DNA of 64,000 nt from a virus (IMGVR_UViG_3300022074_000012:1-64000); one strand, 5' to 3'. Counted from the first letter of the stretch, positions 18,200-26,897 are shown. Notes: generated from the letters alone by a model not told the origin. Translations and numbers: made by a program.

Positions 18200-19075
18200 T
18201 TAAGGATTACCGATAGATATAGATTTTAGATCACTTGCATCACCAGTTGGTAATGTAGTTGGTAGTGGTTTTTGTTCGATTACATGATTGTGCTCTGCAA
18301 CAACACCTGGTGGATTCACTAATACCACATCAGCACATACCTTATAATATGGTGACTTTGGATGGAACATAATACCAGCTTTCATTAATTCACCACAGTT
18401 CTTTAATCTTGCAATCTCAAAATCTAATCTTTTATTTGCAACTCCTTGCTCCATCAATGCAATGTTTGCTGCTGCTGCCTGTTTACATTGTTCTTGTAAT
18501 GTCTTATCTAATGGTTTCGACCAAGTAGCAGATACACCTAATGATACTGTGCTACTATCTTTCTGACCTGTGCGAACTGGTTTATAATATAATATCTCAC
18601 CTGGATTATCTGGCACATCATCATTATTTGCATCTACGTTATTATATACAGGATCTTGCCAATATTCTTCATAAGGACGTTTGACTGCAATATTACCTGT
18701 TAGAAACGGTGTAACGTTCATGGTAGGACCTTGACACTGTATGCCATTTCCATAAGTATTTGTTATATACGGACCTTGTAAAACCTGTATAGCTTGATTT
18801 GTGACGCTTCCAGAACTGTTTGCCACTGGATTTGCTGTTGCAGAAACACCACCTATGTCACTCGCAAACGTAGGTGTTGCAGTTCCTAATAAACAGATCG
18901 AAATCAGTTTGAGAAGGTGCTTGTTGTATTTGTTACGCTTTGTATAGTTGTTGTGCGATTTATGATTGTATGATTTGAAAGACCTGGTCCAGAATAACTT
19001 TCTGTAAATTGAAAGGCTTCTCCTGGTGTTGTTATTGTAAAGTTTGGTTTGTTGCTTAGATCCAAGTTCGTCCAT
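18200..19075 (-). CDS. exported Cys-containing protein (start uncertain)
   Basis: signal-like KHLLKLISICLLGTATPTFA; only ATG lies deep inside the upstream gene. Confidence 0.7.
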   Translation of the reverse strand: MDELGSKQQTKLYNNNTRRSLSIYRKLFWTRSFKSYNHKSHNNYTKRNKYNKHLLKLISICLLGTATPTFASDIGGVSATANPVANSSGSVTNQAIQVLQGPYITNTYGNGIQCQGPTMNVTPFLTGNIAVKRPYEEYWQDPVYNNVDANNDDVPDNPGEILYYKPVRTGQKDSSTVSLGVSATWSKPLDKTLQEQCKQAAAANIALMEQGVANKRLDFEIARLKNCGELMKAGIMFHPKSPYYKVCADVVLVNPPGVVAEHNHVIEQKPLPTTLPTGDASDLKSISIGNP

Positions 19076-19347
19076 GTTGAAGTCACTCCATTTAATGTAT
19101 TACTATTTCCTGTTGTATTCGGAGCAGAAATAGTAGTCCCATCGTGGGATATATTTGTACCAGTTATCACATATTGATAACCAGTATCATAATTCATTGA
19201 ATTAATAGTTTCAGTTACGGTAGATGTTGTCTCCGTGTTGCTGGTCATCGAGCCCTGAGTAAAATTAGGAACCACAGGAACAGCATTCGCAGTCCTCGCA
19301 CTCGCAAGGGCAGACACACCCACAACAATCGCAAGTAGTCTCCTCAT
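18904..19347 (-). CDS. exported Thr/Ser-rich beta protein
   Basis: signal peptide MRRLLAIVVGVSALASARTANA. Confidence 0.75.
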   Translation of the reverse strand: MRRLLAIVVGVSALASARTANAVPVVPNFTQGSMTSNTETTSTVTETINSMNYDTGYQYVITGTNISHDGTTISAPNTTGNSNTLNGVTSTWTNLDLSNKPNFTITTPGEAFQFTESYSGPGLSNHTIINRTTTIQSVTNTTSTFSN

Positions 19348-19353
19348 TTGTCA

Positions 19354-19842
19354 TTAGTTAATTGTCAATTCGTTTACAAACTGTCCAGTAGCCACAGTAC
19401 CTGCGCCACCTGCTGTTACAGTGATAACACCAGCACTTGTAATAGTACCAGCTAATGTATCTTTTGCACCAGAAGCAGTTGATACCTGACTTGAGAAGTT
19501 ACCGACAGCACCTACAGTTGGTGCAGATGTTGGAACTGCGTCTGCTTGAATATAAGAACTCGAAAAGCTGAAAGCTGAACCTGCTGTATCTTGAGTTGCT
19601 GCAATTGTACCTGGACTATAAACACCCGATGTGATAGTTCCTGCAGATACTGTACCTGCTGTTGTACCATCGGTTGTATCAATGTTTGAACCTGATATGG
19701 TAAATGTTGATCCAATCCTATCAACCTGAGTTGCAGCTGCGTTTACACTCAACTGAACACTACTTGATAATTTATGAGTTAGATCTGCCATCGCAGGTGA
19801 ACTAAAACCCGCTAACAATAATATAGGTAATAGTTTTTTCAT
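19354..19842 (-). CDS. exported Thr/Ser/Gly/Ala-rich beta protein
   Basis: signal peptide MKKLLPILLLAGFSSPAMA. Confidence 0.75.
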   Translation of the reverse strand: MKKLLPILLLAGFSSPAMADLTHKLSSSVQLSVNAAATQVDRIGSTFTISGSNIDTTDGTTAGTVSAGTITSGVYSPGTIAATQDTAGSAFSFSSSYIQADAVPTSAPTVGAVGNFSSQVSTASGAKDTLAGTITSAGVITVTAGGAGTVATGQFVNELTIN

Positions 19843-19915
19843 CTGTAAATGTACCTATTGATATAGCTTTATTTAGCGTCCAAATATTTACATATTATAA
19901 CATTAAATTAAAAGC

Positions 19916-19944
19916 TTGACAACTGTATCAACATACACTATAGT
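19916..19944 (+). promoter_or_regulatory. sigma70-type promoter upstream of structured RNA and talC
   Basis: TTGACA-17 nt-TATAGT. Confidence 0.75.
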
Positions 19945-19964
19945 ATATTTGTTGGACGCAACAT

Positions 19965-20131
19965 AGGGAGTGACTGAATAAACTTACTGGCAACCGCTGG
20001 TTAAGGTGATGAGACACAGGTGGTGCTGCTGCGAAAGCAGAATCGACTTACCAGTCGGGTCTCAGGCAAGAATGTATTTACTCTGTAGTAATGCCCATTC
20101 TTTGTTGGTACACAGGAACCCAACCTCCCCT
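19965..20131 (+). ncRNA. multi-stem structured RNA, probably manA RNA motif
   Basis: GGGAG/CTCCC closing stem; TGAGAC/GTCTCA; CTGC-GAAA-GCAG; CGACT/AGTCG; AGAATG/CATTCT; GTTGG/CCAAC; 5' of a sugar-metabolism gene; family name from recall. Confidence 0.7.
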
Positions 20132-20140
20132 CTTCTTTTT

Positions 20141-20190
20141 AAGACCTAAGATGCAACTCATGAGAGTCGGGCAGATGGTCTTCTTTTTTT
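20141..20190 (+). terminator. bulged hairpin with U tract between the RNA and talC
   Basis: AAGACC...ACTC-ATGA-GAGT...GGTCTT then T run. Confidence 0.5.
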
Positions 20191-20203
20191 ACCTATTAAT
20201 TAA

Positions 20204-20854
20204 ATGAAAATATTTTTAGATACCGCAAACACAACTGAGATACAAGACGGATATAATACAGGACTTATAGATGGGATTACTACCAACCCAACTCTGATTA
20301 TGAAGAGTGGTAGAGATCCAGAAATTGTATATCAAGAACTCATTGACATGGGATTAACTGATGTCAGTATGGAAGTTGTAGGAAATCGAAAAGAGATGTA
20401 TGAAGAGGGTTTAAGACTCTCAGAAAAGTTTGGTAAGTATGCAACAATCAAAGTTCCTTGTACTCCTGATGGTCTTGCAGTTTGTAGAGAACTATCAAGA
20501 CAACTAATCAGAGTCAATGTAACTCTTATCTTCTCAGTTACACAAGCAATACTCTCTGCCAAGGCAGGTGCAACTTATGTGTCACCATTTGTAGGAAGAG
20601 TTGATGACAATTCATTTGGTGGTCTATGTCTGATAAAAGATATTGCAAATACCTATGCAAAACAGAACTGGAAGAGAACAGAAATACTTGCTGCATCCAT
20701 TCGTAATGTGAGAGATGTGGGTCGTGCTTTTGAATATGGTGCGAATATTTGTACGATTCCTCCATCAGTATTCAACAAGATGTATAATCATATTCTTACT
20801 GATAAAGGGTTAGAACTCTTTGAAAATGATTGGAAATCAACACAAAATGTATAG
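20204..20854 (+). CDS. talC: transaldolase (TalC/Fsa type)
   Basis: IFLDTA, GITTNPTL, TIKVP (Schiff-base Lys), NVTLIFS, YVSPFVGR, AASIR. Confidence 0.96.
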   Translation: MKIFLDTANTTEIQDGYNTGLIDGITTNPTLIMKSGRDPEIVYQELIDMGLTDVSMEVVGNRKEMYEEGLRLSEKFGKYATIKVPCTPDGLAVCRELSRQLIRVNVTLIFSVTQAILSAKAGATYVSPFVGRVDDNSFGGLCLIKDIANTYAKQNWKRTEILAASIRNVRDVGRAFEYGANICTIPPSVFNKMYNHILTDKGLELFENDWKSTQNV

Positions 20855-20855
20855 C

Positions 20856-20889
20856 TTGACACAATTTTGATCCTATGGTACACTAAATA
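20856..20889 (+). promoter_or_regulatory. overlapping early and late-like promoter
   Basis: TTGACA-17-TACACT overlapping CTAAATA. Confidence 0.65.
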
Positions 20890-20902
20890 CCATTACATAA
20901 CG

Positions 20903-20976
20903 AAGGACTCGAAAGATCGTAACCCTGCGTAGAATGTAAAAATCTTGTCGAAAGATTTTCCATCCGCAGGTTTTTT
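20903..20976 (+). ncRNA. structured 5' leader
   Basis: AAGGACTCGAAAGATCGTAACCCTG shared with psbA leader; CCTGCG/CGCAGG stem followed by T6. Confidence 0.5.
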
Positions 20977-21003
20977 AATGCCTAGCGAGATACTTTTAAA
21001 AAA

Positions 21004-21363
21004 ATGATTAAATCAACAATCGCTGCAGTAGCAGCATCTCCATTCCTATTCGCAGGTGCAGCATTTGCTGGTCCATACGTTAATTTGGAAGCAACTGGTT
21101 CATACCCTGATGGCACCTACACATCTGGTGGACTAGAAGCAGTAGTTGGATATGAAGGAGCAACAGAAGGAGGAATCGGTTGGTACGTTTCTGGTGGTCC
21201 TACAGTTACTCATACAGAATCTTCTGATGAGTTCGGTGATGTAGAATTCATTGGATACCTTGGTGGTTCTTATGATAAGTTCTACGGAGAAATCTCTGGT
21301 GTAACAACTCCTAGTGACGATATTGACTTCTCTGCTAAAGCAGGTGTTAAGTTCGTTTTCTAA
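21004..21363 (+). CDS. small host-like outer-membrane beta-barrel protein
   Basis: signal peptide ending AFA; amphipathic strands; terminal AKAGVKFVF. Confidence 0.75.
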   Translation: MIKSTIAAVAASPFLFAGAAFAGPYVNLEATGSYPDGTYTSGGLEAVVGYEGATEGGIGWYVSGGPTVTHTESSDEFGDVEFIGYLGGSYDKFYGEISGVTTPSDDIDFSAKAGVKFVF

Positions 21364-21382
21364 GTTAAAGTAACGACTTTAC

Positions 21383-21412
21383 AAAGACCTCTACATAGTA
21401 GGGGTCTTTTTT
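21383..21412 (+). terminator. intrinsic terminator
   Basis: AAAGACCTCTAC-ATA-GTAGGGGTCTTT plus T run. Confidence 0.85.
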
Positions 21413-21417
21413 ATATA

Positions 21418-21561
21418 ATGAATTTACTCAAGCATCCGTTGTTTCAGATCAATATGATATTGGTTTGTGCTCTTGTGTTTATAGAGTTGCTACACGTTAA
21501 CTATCACAGAACAGCACCACCTTGTCCTGTACAGCAAATAGAAATGGAAGATGATTGGTGA
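21418..21561 (+). CDS. small membrane protein (47 aa)
   Basis: MNLLKHPLFQINMILVCALVF. Confidence 0.5.
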   Translation: MNLLKHPLFQINMILVCALVFIELLHVNYHRTAPPCPVQQIEMEDDW

Positions 21562-21589
21562 TATATAGTTGTGATATCATAACAATTAA

Positions 21590-21745
21590 ATGAATCGCAA
21601 AGCAAAATTATTATTAAAGATAGTAGTCCCAGTTGCCATTATGGTTCAACTGACTGCTATCATTGTTTTGTTGAGCAAGGATAAAGCATTTAATTGTAGA
21701 TTGTATGATAAAGGCGCAATAGCTTGTAGACAAATAAAATTGTAA
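21590..21745 (+). CDS. small membrane protein (51 aa)
   Basis: TM helix plus two Cys; TAATG coupling to next gene. Confidence 0.5.
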   Translation: MNRKAKLLLKIVVPVAIMVQLTAIIVLLSKDKAFNCRLYDKGAIACRQIKL

Positions 21746-22002
21746 TGGAACCAATTAGAATAAGATGCCGCTCCTGTGGAAAGGAGGTAATAGGGGTATC
21801 TGGCAAATCAGTATGTTGTGGTTGCTCAAACATGACAACAGTTTATAATGATCGTATATCCGCAAAGAATATGGATAAGGTTATTATGTTGAGTAACTAT
21901 TCAAATCCTAAATCAAAGAGTCTCTTTACTGGAGATGAATTAGAATGGCAAGAGAAAAGAAACCAACGCAGAGTTCGTAAATTGGACTTTGAGGTCAGGT
22001 AG
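21745..22002 (+). CDS. zinc-ribbon hypothetical protein
   Basis: CRSCG...CCGC. Confidence 0.7.
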   Translation: MEPIRIRCRSCGKEVIGVSGKSVCCGCSNMTTVYNDRISAKNMDKVIMLSNYSNPKSKSLFTGDELEWQEKRNQRRVRKLDFEVR

Positions 22003-22010
22003 TATAAATA
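22003..22010 (+). promoter_or_regulatory. T4-type late promoter at start of fibre cluster
   Basis: TATAAATA. Confidence 0.75.
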
Positions 22011-22026
22011 ATAAAAAAGTATATTA

Positions 22027-22965
22027 ATGGCTAGTAATCTTCGAGTAGATAGTATAGTTCCAGCAACTGGTGGTAGTGTTTCAATCGGAACAGCAACTGG
22101 TGATGTTACCATACCTGGTAATCTGGGGATAGCTGGTGTGTTGACATATGAAGACGTAACAAATATAGATTCAGTAGGTGTTATAACAGCAAGGGATGGA
22201 CTTCGTGTTACTGGTGTTACCACCATAACTGGTACAGGAGAATATTTACTCCAATTAAATAAATCTGATTCGAGTGCAGTTTATACTCAATTTACAAACA
22301 GCACATCAGGAACTTCAACATCTGATGGTTTTAGAATTGGTATGGATTCTAATGAAGATGGATTAGTATGGCTTAGAGAAGATGGAAATGTAAAATTTGG
22401 AACCGATAATTCAGAGAGACTTCGCATCGGAGGTAATGGTGAAATAGGAATTGGTGGTGCAAACTATGGAACATCAGGTCAAGTATTAACAAGTCAAGGT
22501 TCTGGTTCAGCAGTTCAGTGGGCATCAGCATCAAATCCGACTCTTGCTCACGCATTTGTGTTTATGGATAGTCAATATTTTACAAGTTCAACTACTTTAT
22601 TGGAATTTAATAATAGCACAACCAATGATAAATCTTCGGGAGTAACAATAACTAGAGGAGGAAGTGAAAGATTTACTCCAACAGTTGCAGGTGTATATTT
22701 AGTTCAAGGTATGTTACATTACACTCATGGTAGTGGTGGTACCTATACACCAACTCTATATCTTTACAGAAATGGTAGTTCGTACGCATATACACAAGGT
22801 ATTGTAAATTATAGTGGTGGGCATTATGATTCTTTAAATATACAAGCAATGATGACATTTAATGGAAGTAGTGATTATGTTGATATGCGAGCAAATCATA
22901 ATGCTGGAGGTAACGCCACTATGCAAACTCAATCAACATTCTCTATGTTTAGAGTAGGAGCATAA
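22027..22965 (+). CDS. tail fibre-like protein with C1q/TNF-like C-terminal domain
   Basis: LTYEDVTNIDSVG repeat, ERLRI and GQVLTSQG fibre motifs, RFTPTVAGVYLV...NGSSDYV. Confidence 0.75.
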   Translation: MASNLRVDSIVPATGGSVSIGTATGDVTIPGNLGIAGVLTYEDVTNIDSVGVITARDGLRVTGVTTITGTGEYLLQLNKSDSSAVYTQFTNSTSGTSTSDGFRIGMDSNEDGLVWLREDGNVKFGTDNSERLRIGGNGEIGIGGANYGTSGQVLTSQGSGSAVQWASASNPTLAHAFVFMDSQYFTSSTTLLEFNNSTTNDKSSGVTITRGGSERFTPTVAGVYLVQGMLHYTHGSGGTYTPTLYLYRNGSSYAYTQGIVNYSGGHYDSLNIQAMMTFNGSSDYVDMRANHNAGGNATMQTQSTFSMFRVGA

Positions 22966-22978
22966 ATAGTCAAAAAGA

Positions 22979-24277
22979 ATGAGTATACTGAACGTCAATA
23001 AAATTAATCCAGTCGGTGGTGGTTCTACAATAACCATTGCTGGAATTGCGAGTGTCACAAGTTCGGTCACTGCTCCGAGTTTTGTGGGTGCTGTCACTGG
23101 TAATGTCACTGGTAATGTCACTGGTAATTCTGACACTGCATCAGGTTTAAGTGGCAACCCTTCAATTAATACTACTGGTATTGTTACTGCGACTTCTTTT
23201 GTACCAACAGTAGGACAACTTTCTCATCGCAACCTTATAATCAACGGAGCGATGAACGTGGCCCAACGTGGTACGTCATCCACAACGGTTGGTTATCAAA
23301 CTGTTGATAGGTGGAGAAATCAATTTGGTGGAACTGAGGAGAATAACACTCAAGCTCAATCATCTTTATCAAGTAGTGATACACCATTTTCTTTCGGTTT
23401 TAGAAAATCATTTAAAGTAACAAATGGAAACCAAACAGGTGGTGCTGATGCGAATAATCTTGTTTACATAAGACATCATATTGAGGATCAGAATATTGCA
23501 AATAGTGGTTGGAATTATACCTCATCATCTAGTTTCATAACATTATCTTTTTGGGTTAGAGCGAGTGTCGCTCAAGACTATCATTTTCATTTGAGAACAA
23601 TGGGAAACCCAGTTCAGTTGTATCCGATGGAAATGACCCTATCAGCAAATACTTGGACAAAAATTACAAAAACAATTCCAGGCAACAGTAATATAGTATT
23701 TGATAATGATGATACTGATGGTATGCACGTTAATTTCAATCTATACTGCGGAACTGATTACACATCTTCTAGTGCCAATAATGATCAATGGCAAGCGTAT
23801 AGTGGTAGTATTTTTGGTGGAAAAGATCAAACCACAACATGGTACACAACAAATGATGCAACATTTGAACTAACAGGAGTTCAATTAGAAGTTGGTCCTG
23901 TATCGACCCCGTTCGAGCACCGCAGCTATGCAGATGAGCTTGCACGTTGCCAGAGATATTTTTATAAATGGGTTTCAAGTCAAGCTTACTCTAATATGTG
24001 TCTTGCTTATGCTGGTTCTTCAACACAAGTAGAAACTGTATTTAATTTACCAGTAGTTATGAGAGCAAGTCCTTCTTTTGCATATTCAGGTCAATTTAGA
24101 TTTGTTGGTTATAACCCACAAAATGTTACAAATTTAAGTAATTTAGTAGTTCATAGATCACACACTTTAACTCCTTATCTAAGAGGCACAGTTTCGGGGT
24201 CAGCAAGTGGACTTGTTGGTGAACTTGGAGATAGTGGTTCTAATAATGCTACTGCATCTTTTAGTGCAGAACTATAA
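22979..24277 (+). CDS. tail fibre/receptor-binding protein
   Basis: RNLIINGAM..AQRG carbohydrate-binding-like domain; GVQLEVG..TPFEHRS..ELARCQRY. Confidence 0.75.
   Translation: MSILNVNKINPVGGGSTITIAGIASVTSSVTAPSFVGAVTGNVTGNVTGNSDTASGLSGNPSINTTGIVTATSFVPTVGQLSHRNLIINGAMNVAQRGTSSTTVGYQTVDRWRNQFGGTEENNTQAQSSLSSSDTPFSFGFRKSFKVTNGNQTGGADANNLVYIRHHIEDQNIANSGWNYTSSSSFITLSFWVRASVAQDYHFHLRTMGNPVQLYPMEMTLSANTWTKITKTIPGNSNIVFDNDDTDGMHVNFNLYCGTDYTSSSANNDQWQAYSGSIFGGKDQTTTWYTTNDATFELTGVQLEVGPVSTPFEHRSYADELARCQRYFYKWVSSQAYSNMCLAYAGSSTQVETVFNLPVVMRASPSFAYSGQFRFVGYNPQNVTNLSNLVVHRSHTLTPYLRGTVSGSASGLVGELGDSGSNNATASFSAEL
23871..23952 (+). repeat. 82-nt direct repeat, copy 1
   Basis: 5 mismatches versus 31215-31296. 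Confidence 0.9.
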
Positions 24278-24285
24278 ATAGAACT

Positions 24286-24525
24286 ATGTCAACACTTAGA
24301 GCCAACATCATTGATTCTCACTCCACTTCAACGGAGTTTAAAGAAACCATTACAGCAAATGGTGATAATCAGTGGTTGGATACATATGGTGTAATCAAAG
24401 CAAATCGTGATACGATTGCTGAAAGTATTACAATACCTTCTGGAACGAATGGTCTTTCATCAGGACCAGTAACGATTGCAGATGGACATACGATTACAGT
24501 TAATGGTGAGTGGGCAATCGTATGA
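24286..24525 (+). CDS. small fibre-associated protein
   Basis: paralog of next ORF; late promoter at 24273. Confidence 0.7.
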   Translation: MSTLRANIIDSHSTSTEFKETITANGDNQWLDTYGVIKANRDTIAESITIPSGTNGLSSGPVTIADGHTITVNGEWAIV

Positions 24526-24767
24526 CAAAAATAGTTGTCAATACAATACGTTCACAGACAGGAGTTACTTCTGTCACTTTCCACGATACAGTCACTGCAA
24601 ATGGTAAGAAGCAATGGTTAGATCGTTTTGGAATTATCAAAGCAAACAGCACAGAAATTAATGAAAATGTTACTATCCCATCAGGAACAAACGGACTCAC
24701 TGTTGGCACTGTCAAAGTGGGTGCAGGATATTCTGTCACAGTTCAGGGTAACTGGAGGGTGGTATGA
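24522..24767 (+). CDS. small fibre-associated protein
   Basis: TANG.QWLD..G.IKAN...TIPSGTNGL shared with previous ORF. Confidence 0.7.
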   Translation: MTKIVVNTIRSQTGVTSVTFHDTVTANGKKQWLDRFGIIKANSTEINENVTIPSGTNGLTVGTVKVGAGYSVTVQGNWRVV

Positions 24768-25564
24768 CAAGTAAGATAGTTGTTAATAATATTGAAGCAG
24801 ATGCTGGTATTAATACAGTTACCATATCTGGTGATGTTACTGCAACCAATGTAACGGGAATACATCATGGTGATGGTGCAAACTTAACCAGTATACCTGC
24901 TGGTAATTTGACTGGTACAGTTGCTGATGCAAGAATATCAGCACTTACTGCATCAAAATTATCAGGTGCATTACCAGCAATTAGTGCTGCAAATTTAACA
25001 AACGTACCTGCTGCAAATATTACTGGAACTTTACCAGCAATTAGTGGTGCAAACTTAACTGGTATAGGAGGGTGGACTCACGTTAATTATCTTTCATTGA
25101 GTGGTGGTAGTTACACATTTTCAAGTATACCCACTGATACTTCTCAACTTATTTTTTATTTTGGAGGTCTGTCTAGTGATACAGGAGCATCTGGAAGTGA
25201 AAGTTATCCTGCCATAAGACTAGGTACAAGTGGAGGTTTGAAAACTGATAATTATGTAACTGTCACTGGATATCTTGAAACAAGTTATCACTATGTTAGT
25301 GCATGGACTAGTAGAGCAATATTAATAAGAGAAAATTATGGTAGAGCAGCTAATGCTTTTACTGGTTTTATGACCTGTTGGAAAGCACCTAACACTAATA
25401 AATGGTATATGAATTGTGTTATGAATAGAGGAACAAGCAACGCAACAGATTTTCGTACTTCATCTTTCATAGATTTGGGTGCAAGTATTACTCAAGCTCA
25501 ACTCTTTTTAAATACAGGTTCATTTGATGCTGGTTCTGTGGCATTAAGTTATTATCAAGATTAA
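24764..25564 (+). CDS. tail fibre-like protein
   Basis: GDGANLT and LPAISxANLT short repeats. Confidence 0.7.
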   Translation: MTSKIVVNNIEADAGINTVTISGDVTATNVTGIHHGDGANLTSIPAGNLTGTVADARISALTASKLSGALPAISAANLTNVPAANITGTLPAISGANLTGIGGWTHVNYLSLSGGSYTFSSIPTDTSQLIFYFGGLSSDTGASGSESYPAIRLGTSGGLKTDNYVTVTGYLETSYHYVSAWTSRAILIRENYGRAANAFTGFMTCWKAPNTNKWYMNCVMNRGTSNATDFRTSSFIDLGASITQAQLFLNTGSFDAGSVALSYYQD

Positions 25565-25565
25565 A

Positions 25566-25820
25566 ATGAAAAACATTACTTACAACGTACAAACAGGAGA
25601 AACAACAGAATCAGAGATACCTGATTCTCCAGCGACTGATGTAGAGGCACTTTCTTCTTTAAGGGCAACAAGGAATGTTCTTTTAGCTGAAACAGATCAT
25701 TATGCACTTGCTGATAATACCTTGACCGATGCGATGAAGACATATCGACAGCAGTTGAGAGATTTACCATCTAACACTGCTGATCCACATAAAGTAACTT
25801 GGCCAACAAAACCATCATAA
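25566..25820 (+). CDS. tail fibre assembly chaperone
   Basis: LRATRNVLLAETD...YRQQLRDLP...WPTKP. Confidence 0.8.
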   Translation: MKNITYNVQTGETTESEIPDSPATDVEALSSLRATRNVLLAETDHYALADNTLTDAMKTYRQQLRDLPSNTADPHKVTWPTKPS

Positions 25821-25828
25821 ATAACTAA

Positions 25829-26170
25829 ATGGCACTAACAAGAGCAACCGATAAGATAATTGCAAATGCTGATGGGAATCTAAACCTATCAGGAATTGTT
25901 ACTGCAACTAAATTTGTTGGTGATGGTTCACAACTAGCAGGTGTATCTGGTTTAGGAACTGCATTAAGTAATGTATCTACAAATCCATTAAATAAATTAT
26001 ACTATGTAAATAGTATTTTGAGTATTGATAGTAATACGATTGTTGATCCACCATCAACTGCTGTTGCTGTTTATACAAACTATTCAGAATTAAGAATCGA
26101 AGAAAGTGTTGATCTAACAATCGAATCAGGTGACTTAGTTCCTGATGTCCTCGACTTGTTTGTCTCATAA
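25829..26170 (+). CDS. fibre-associated protein
   Basis: GIVTATKFVGDGS; paralogous to N-terminus of ORF 29777. Confidence 0.7.
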   Translation: MALTRATDKIIANADGNLNLSGIVTATKFVGDGSQLAGVSGLGTALSNVSTNPLNKLYYVNSILSIDSNTIVDPPSTAVAVYTNYSELRIEESVDLTIESGDLVPDVLDLFVS

Positions 26171-26189
26171 ATAACTAAAAATATAAACC

Positions 26190-26888
26190 ATGTCAAGATT
26201 AAGGGCAAATCAAATAACAAATAAAACCGCAAACGGTGCTCCTACTGCGACTAATGGTTTTATAGTAACAGGAGTTTGTACTGCGACAAGTTTCGTAGGA
26301 AGTGGTACTGCTTTAACTGGTATTGATGCAGCTACATTAAAATTTGGTAATGCAACAAAAGCACAGGCAGTTTCAGGTGGTGTAAATATTACTGGTGATG
26401 TAAGTGTAAGTGGTGCTTTAGGTGTTGCAGGAGTATTAACATACGAAGACGTAACGAACGTTGATTCGATAGGTGTCATAACCGCAAGAGATGGATTACG
26501 TGTTACTGGTATTGCAACTGCAACCGCATTTCATGGTGATGGTTCACAACTTACAGGTATTTCAGTAGGTATTGCAACAGAAGCATCTACGGTTACAGAT
26601 GGAAATACAGTTGTATTAAATTTATCAAAAGATGATCATAAAGTTTTAGCATCAGGTGTAGTTACAATTGATGTAACAGGTGGAACAGAGGCAGATAGTC
26701 ATACAGTCAGAATTGAAAATGTGGGTGTGTCAACAGTTGGATTTAGCACAGCATTCTTATTCCCATCGGGTGGTACACCAGCATTACCAACAGCAAGTGG
26801 AGCAATAAGTATATTATCGTTTACGGTGCATAAAGCAGGAGCAGCAGGAACATCACTCCTTACAGGTGTGTCAGTAAACTTTAGTTGA
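26190..26888 (+). CDS. tail fibre-like protein
   Basis: LTYEDVTNVDSIG repeat; GDGSQLTG. Confidence 0.7.
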   Translation: MSRLRANQITNKTANGAPTATNGFIVTGVCTATSFVGSGTALTGIDAATLKFGNATKAQAVSGGVNITGDVSVSGALGVAGVLTYEDVTNVDSIGVITARDGLRVTGIATATAFHGDGSQLTGISVGIATEASTVTDGNTVVLNLSKDDHKVLASGVVTIDVTGGTEADSHTVRIENVGVSTVGFSTAFLFPSGGTPALPTASGAISILSFTVHKAGAAGTSLLTGVSVNFS

Positions 26889-26897
26889 GGATAAGTA

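Noticed and set aside
19924-19937. NtcA-box-like GTA...TAC
   Set aside because: Spacer is 6 nt rather than 8
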